Made by a program: the position numbers and the translations under genes
Assembly: GCF_009914755.1 (NCBI RefSeq)
Contig: NC_060942.1
Source: the human T2T-CHM13v2.0 reference genome, Homo sapiens
Length of the DNA stretch: 64,000 nucleotides
Strand: one strand, 5' to 3'
Notes under the pieces: model-generated
Databases searched by the model: none
Seen by the model: the letters and a program-made list of their open reading frames with translations, nothing else
Told to the model about the DNA's origin: nothing
Shown here: in pieces, positions 55,998 to 64,000 of the stretch
Numbering within the stretch: position 1 is the first letter of the stretch
Layout of the letters: every line of letters starts with the position of its first letter

Positions 55998-57005
55998 ATG
56001 GGGAAAAAACAGAACAGAAAAACTGGAAACTCTAAAACGCAGAGCGCCTCTCCTCCTCCAAAGGAACGCAGTTCCTCACCAGCAACAGAACAAAGCTGGA
56101 TGGAGAATGATTTTGACGAGCTGAGAGAAGAAGGCTTCAGACGATCAAATTACTCTGAGCTACGGGAGGACATTCAAACCAAAGGCAAAGAAGTTGAAAA
56201 CTTTGAAAAAAATTTAGAAGAATGTATAACTAGAATAACCAATACAGAGAAGTGCTTAAAGGAGCTGATGGAGCTGAAAACCAAGGCTCGAGAACTACGT
56301 GAAGAATGCAGAAGCCTCAGGAGCCGATGCGATCAACTGGAAGAAAGGGTATCAGCAATGGAAGATGAAATGAAGCGAGAAGGGAAGTTTAGAGAAAAAA
56401 GAATAAAAAGAAATGAGCAAAGCCTCCAAGAAATATGGGACTATGTGAAAAGACCAAATCTACGTCTGATTGGTGTACCTGAAAGTGATGTGGAGAATGG
56501 AACCAAGTTGGAAAACACTCTGCAGGATATTATCCAGGAGAACTTCCCCAATCTAGCAAGGCAGGCCAACGTTCAGATTCAGGAAATACAGAGAACGCCA
56601 CAAAGATACTCCTCGAGAAGAGCAACTCCAAGACACATAATTGTCAGATTCACCAAAGTTGAAATGAAGGAAAAAATGTTAAGGGCAGCCAGAGAGAAAG
56701 GTCGGGTTACCCTCAAAGGAAAGCCCATCAGACTAACAGCGTATCTCTCGGCAGAAACCCTACAAGCCAGAAGAGAGTGGGGGCCAATATTCAACATTCT
56801 TAAAGAAAAGAATTTTCAAACCAGAATTTCATATCCAGCCAAACTAAGCTTCATAAGTGAAGGAGAAATAAAATACTTTATAGACAAGCAAATGCTGAGA
56901 GATTTTGTCACCACCAGGCCTGCCCTAAAAGAGCTCCTGAAGGAAGCGCTAAACATGGAAAGGAACAACCGGTACCAGCCGCTGCAAAATCATGCCAAAA
57001 TGTAA
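55998..57005 (+). CDS. L1 ORF1p (RNA-binding chaperone), 335 aa, with a 3-aa in-frame deletion
   Basis: MGKKQNRKTG...NHAKM. REKG, ARR and YPAKLS motifs intact. AMEDEMKR here versus canonical AMEDEMNEMKR. Confidence 0.95.
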   Translation: MGKKQNRKTGNSKTQSASPPPKERSSSPATEQSWMENDFDELREEGFRRSNYSELREDIQTKGKEVENFEKNLEECITRITNTEKCLKELMELKTKARELREECRSLRSRCDQLEERVSAMEDEMKREGKFREKRIKRNEQSLQEIWDYVKRPNLRLIGVPESDVENGTKLENTLQDIIQENFPNLARQANVQIQEIQRTPQRYSSRRATPRHIIVRFTKVEMKEKMLRAAREKGRVTLKGKPIRLTAYLSAETLQARREWGPIFNILKEKNFQTRISYPAKLSFISEGEIKYFIDKQMLRDFVTTRPALKELLKEALNMERNNRYQPLQNHAKM

Positions 57006-57044
57006 AGACCATCGAGACTAGGAAGAAACTGCATCAACTAATGA

Positions 57045-60896
<3,852 letters not shown>

Positions 60897-60939
60897 ACAA
60901 TGAGATCACTTGGACACAGGAAGGGGAATATCACACTCT

Positions 60940-60973
60940 GGGGACTGTGGTGGGGTCGGGGGAGGGGGGAGGG
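60940..60973 (+). other. L1 3'UTR G-rich tract, G-quadruplex-forming
   Basis: GGGGACTGTGGTGGGGTCGGGGGAGGGGGGAGGG contains more than four G-runs. Confidence 0.75.
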
Positions 60974-61411
60974 ATAGCATTGGGAGATATACCTAATGCT
61001 AGATGACACGTTAGTGGGTGCAGCGCACTAGCATGGGACATGTATACATATGTAACTAACCTGCACAATGTGCACATGTACCCTAAAACTTAGAGTATAA
61101 TAAAAAAAAAAATTAAAAAAAAAATAATAAAAAACCTGATCCATCAAAAAAAAAATTTTTTTTATTATAAATATATAATTATAAAATCATAAAACTCTTT
61201 GAGTAGTGCTTCATGCATTTCCTACTACCTATCAGATAATTTTATTTAATTAACTTAAATCAGACATTACCTAATTAGTTTTCTTTCCCCACCCACTCCT
61301 CCCACCCCCCAGCAACCCCAAATGTTATTTTCACATTTTGAATAAGAGCAGTATAGGAAGAGTATAGGAATGGGATTTGCGTACATGGATGCATATAAAT
61401 ATCTTGAACAG

Positions 61412-61736
<325 letters not shown>

Positions 61737-62524
61737 TAGTCATAGAGTTAAACTACTTTTTAAAAACAGTGTAATCAGCAAATGGTAGCCATTGAAACCC
61801 CTAAGTGAGACTGAATTGGAAACTCTTGTGTCATGCTTGTCTCTGAATTCTGCCTCTTAAATGATAATTCATCTTCCTGTGGCCACTCTCATGCCCAGAA
61901 TCTTCACTATAACACACTACCTCATCCACCTCCCATGCTGTCACCTATCACAGTGTTTACTAGGTCAGGTTCCTCCATGCAAAGTTCTAAGTTATTTTAT
62001 CACTTACAGAAGTTTTAATTTTTGTATGTTGGGGTTGTTTTTACTAAAGAATACTTTCAATCCCCTATCCTGTTGAGATGTTTTAGATATTAACAATTAA
62101 AAAAAAAAATGAGCATGTCAATGTTTAGGGCTTCAAATCCAGAACTGTATGTGCTTATACAGACACTAAGCAGAAAATAATTCCTTCTATTTCTGTATTT
62201 TAATTGAGGAGTAGATATAATTGCAAAATTAAAGAACATAAATAGTGCATAATTCCACCACCCTAACATCAAAATTATTTTTCCTTTTGCTGTAATATCT
62301 TATAATTCTTATCCCAAGCATCATGTTTTCACAGAATTACTCATCTGTGTATAAAGAATTGTCATAATGTACGTACTGTTTGAAATTCTTTGCGCCTGAT
62401 CATTTTATGTATTTTAAAAAGAAAGTAAAAAGCTAACCAGTGTGACTAGGGACACATTCAAATAGAGTAGTTTATCTAAGTAATGATCAATTCATTTAAT
62501 AGTTAAAGACACCATTAGTTTAGT

Positions 62525-62842
62525 TCTCTCTCTCTCTTTTTTTTTTTTTTTTTTTTTTGAGACAGAGTTTCGCTCTTGTTGCCCAGTCTGGAGTGCAATG
62601 GTGTGATCTTGGCTCACGGCAACCTCCGCCTCCCGGGTTCAAACGATTCTCGTGCCTCAGCCTCCTGAGTAGCTGGGATTATAGCCATGTGCCACCACAC
62701 CCGGCTAATTTTTGTATTTTTTTAGTAGAGACAGGGTTTCACCATGTTAGTCAGGCTTGTGTCAAACTCCTGACCTCCGGTGATCTGCAGCCTGGGCCTC
62801 CCAAAGTGCCGGGATTACAAGCATGAGCTACCATGCCTGGCC
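62525..62842 (-). mobile_element. AluS
   Basis: Full dimer with TSD tagttctct. Confidence 0.92.
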
Positions 62843-63224
62843 TAGTTCTCTTTTTTATAGTAACTGTAATTACCATCTAGTGCCCAAGTAAATGTTTTTA
62901 AATAATTAATTCTGAGTCTTAACTGTCAGTGAACTTTTCACTGCCACCATTTTAAAACTGTTTCTCTCCCTTCCCATTTGTCCATGGCTGTGTTTTCATG
63001 ATGACAGCTGGAGTTGGGAAATATTTTAATATTAAGTGTAAAAATACAAATTTGAAAATAAAACTATGATATGCCATTGACTTCGTGTGTTTTTATGTTC
63101 AATATAACACATATTCTCCCTGAACTTGGCATAGGTCTATAGACCCTTTAGGAAAGTAAATTTGGAGCTAGACTGTTTTTTTAGACTTTAGAGATGATAC
63201 AGACTATGTAACTATGTCCTTCCT

Positions 63225-63506
63225 TCTTTTTAAAAGTTTAATTTAACCTAAAGATAGGGTCTCATGCTGTCACCCAGGTTGGAGTGCAGTGATGAGATCA
63301 TAGCTCACTTGTAAACCTCGAACTCCTCTACTCCAGCAGTCCTCCCACTGTACCCTTTTGAGTAGCTGGGACTATAGGTGCATGCCACCATGAGCAACTA
63401 ATTTTTTATGTTTTGTAGAAATGGAGTCTCGCTTTGTTGCCCAGGCTGATCTCGAACTCTTGGGCACAAGTGATCCTCCCATAGGCGTGAGCCACTGTGC
63501 TCTGCC
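63225..63506 (-). mobile_element. AluJ, degenerate
   Basis: J-type diagnostics with an internal deletion. Confidence 0.8.
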
Positions 63507-63710
63507 TCTTCCTTACTTTTTCTTTATTTCTTCTCCCTATCACAATTCATCTTGCTTCTAGAGAAAAGCGAATCCACACATTCTTTCGATTTATGCCCTT
63601 GGTACTTTGGTATTTTATTTGAGGTTTTATTTATTCTTTGTAATCAATTTGAGTTTAGAACCACATTTGAGGACAAATTCAACCAATTACTTTTATGTTC
63701 TTGCATTTAG

Positions 63711-63806
63711 GAACCGCTTAGAAAATGTGCCTGAGTGGGTATGTGAAAGCCGAAAGCTAGAAGTTTTGGATATTGGCCATAATCAAATATGTGAACTTCC
63801 TGCCCG
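63711..63806 (+). CDS. PHLPP1: PHLPP1 coding exon (probably exon 9), 96 nt, LRR
   Basis: tttag|G acceptor and GCCCG|gtgagt donor. NRLENVPEWVCESRKLEVLDIGHNQICELPA(R). Phase 2 to 2. Confidence 0.95.
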
Positions 63807-64000
63807 GTGAGTATTACAGATCAAATGAGAGGATCTCACAATAAATGAGCAATTTTAAAAATTGCTGATTCAGTGTTTAACTTGGTATCATAAGCCTAAA
63901 AGAGTTTGCTTTAAAAACTAATATGGTGTCTTTTACCCCATGTGGTGTCTTCAAGTTACACACTTGCTTCATGCAGTGCAGTGAGGAGTAGAGTGAGGCT

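Overview
Human (primate) genomic DNA from the middle of PHLPP1 (PH domain and leucine-rich repeat protein phosphatase 1), transcribed on the + strand. Six coding exons splice together in frame and encode the start of the LRR solenoid: 9232-9398, 43784-43930, 44554-44784, 51764-51966, 54023-54083 and 63711-63806 (probably exons 4-9; numbering from memory). The introns are repeat-rich: about 50 Alus (roughly 36 antisense, 15 sense), ERV LTRs (MER41B with internal sequence, MER34, MST/MLT), DNA-transposon fossils (Charlie1, Tigger3, MER6A, MER53, MER5A, MER33, MER115) and old L1/L2/MIR pieces. The largest feature is a full-length human-specific pre-Ta L1HS (55092-~61155) in sense orientation. It has an intact ORF0, an ORF1 with a 3-aa coiled-coil deletion, an ORF2 broken only by one CGA>TGA stop (R1159*), and a short 3' transduction-like tag in its tail. 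The most promising hypotheses are: a polyadenylated, U5-less MER41B retrocopy that keeps a STAT GAS site inside a gene whose product dampens STAT1 signalling; a second GAS/kB-like motif cluster at ~26.2-26.5 kb; stop-free in-frame circRNA potential of the LRR exons; and a miR-1302-like MER53 hairpin. None is proven by sequence alone. Repeat subfamily names are from recall of consensus sequences, and repeat boundaries are approximate.
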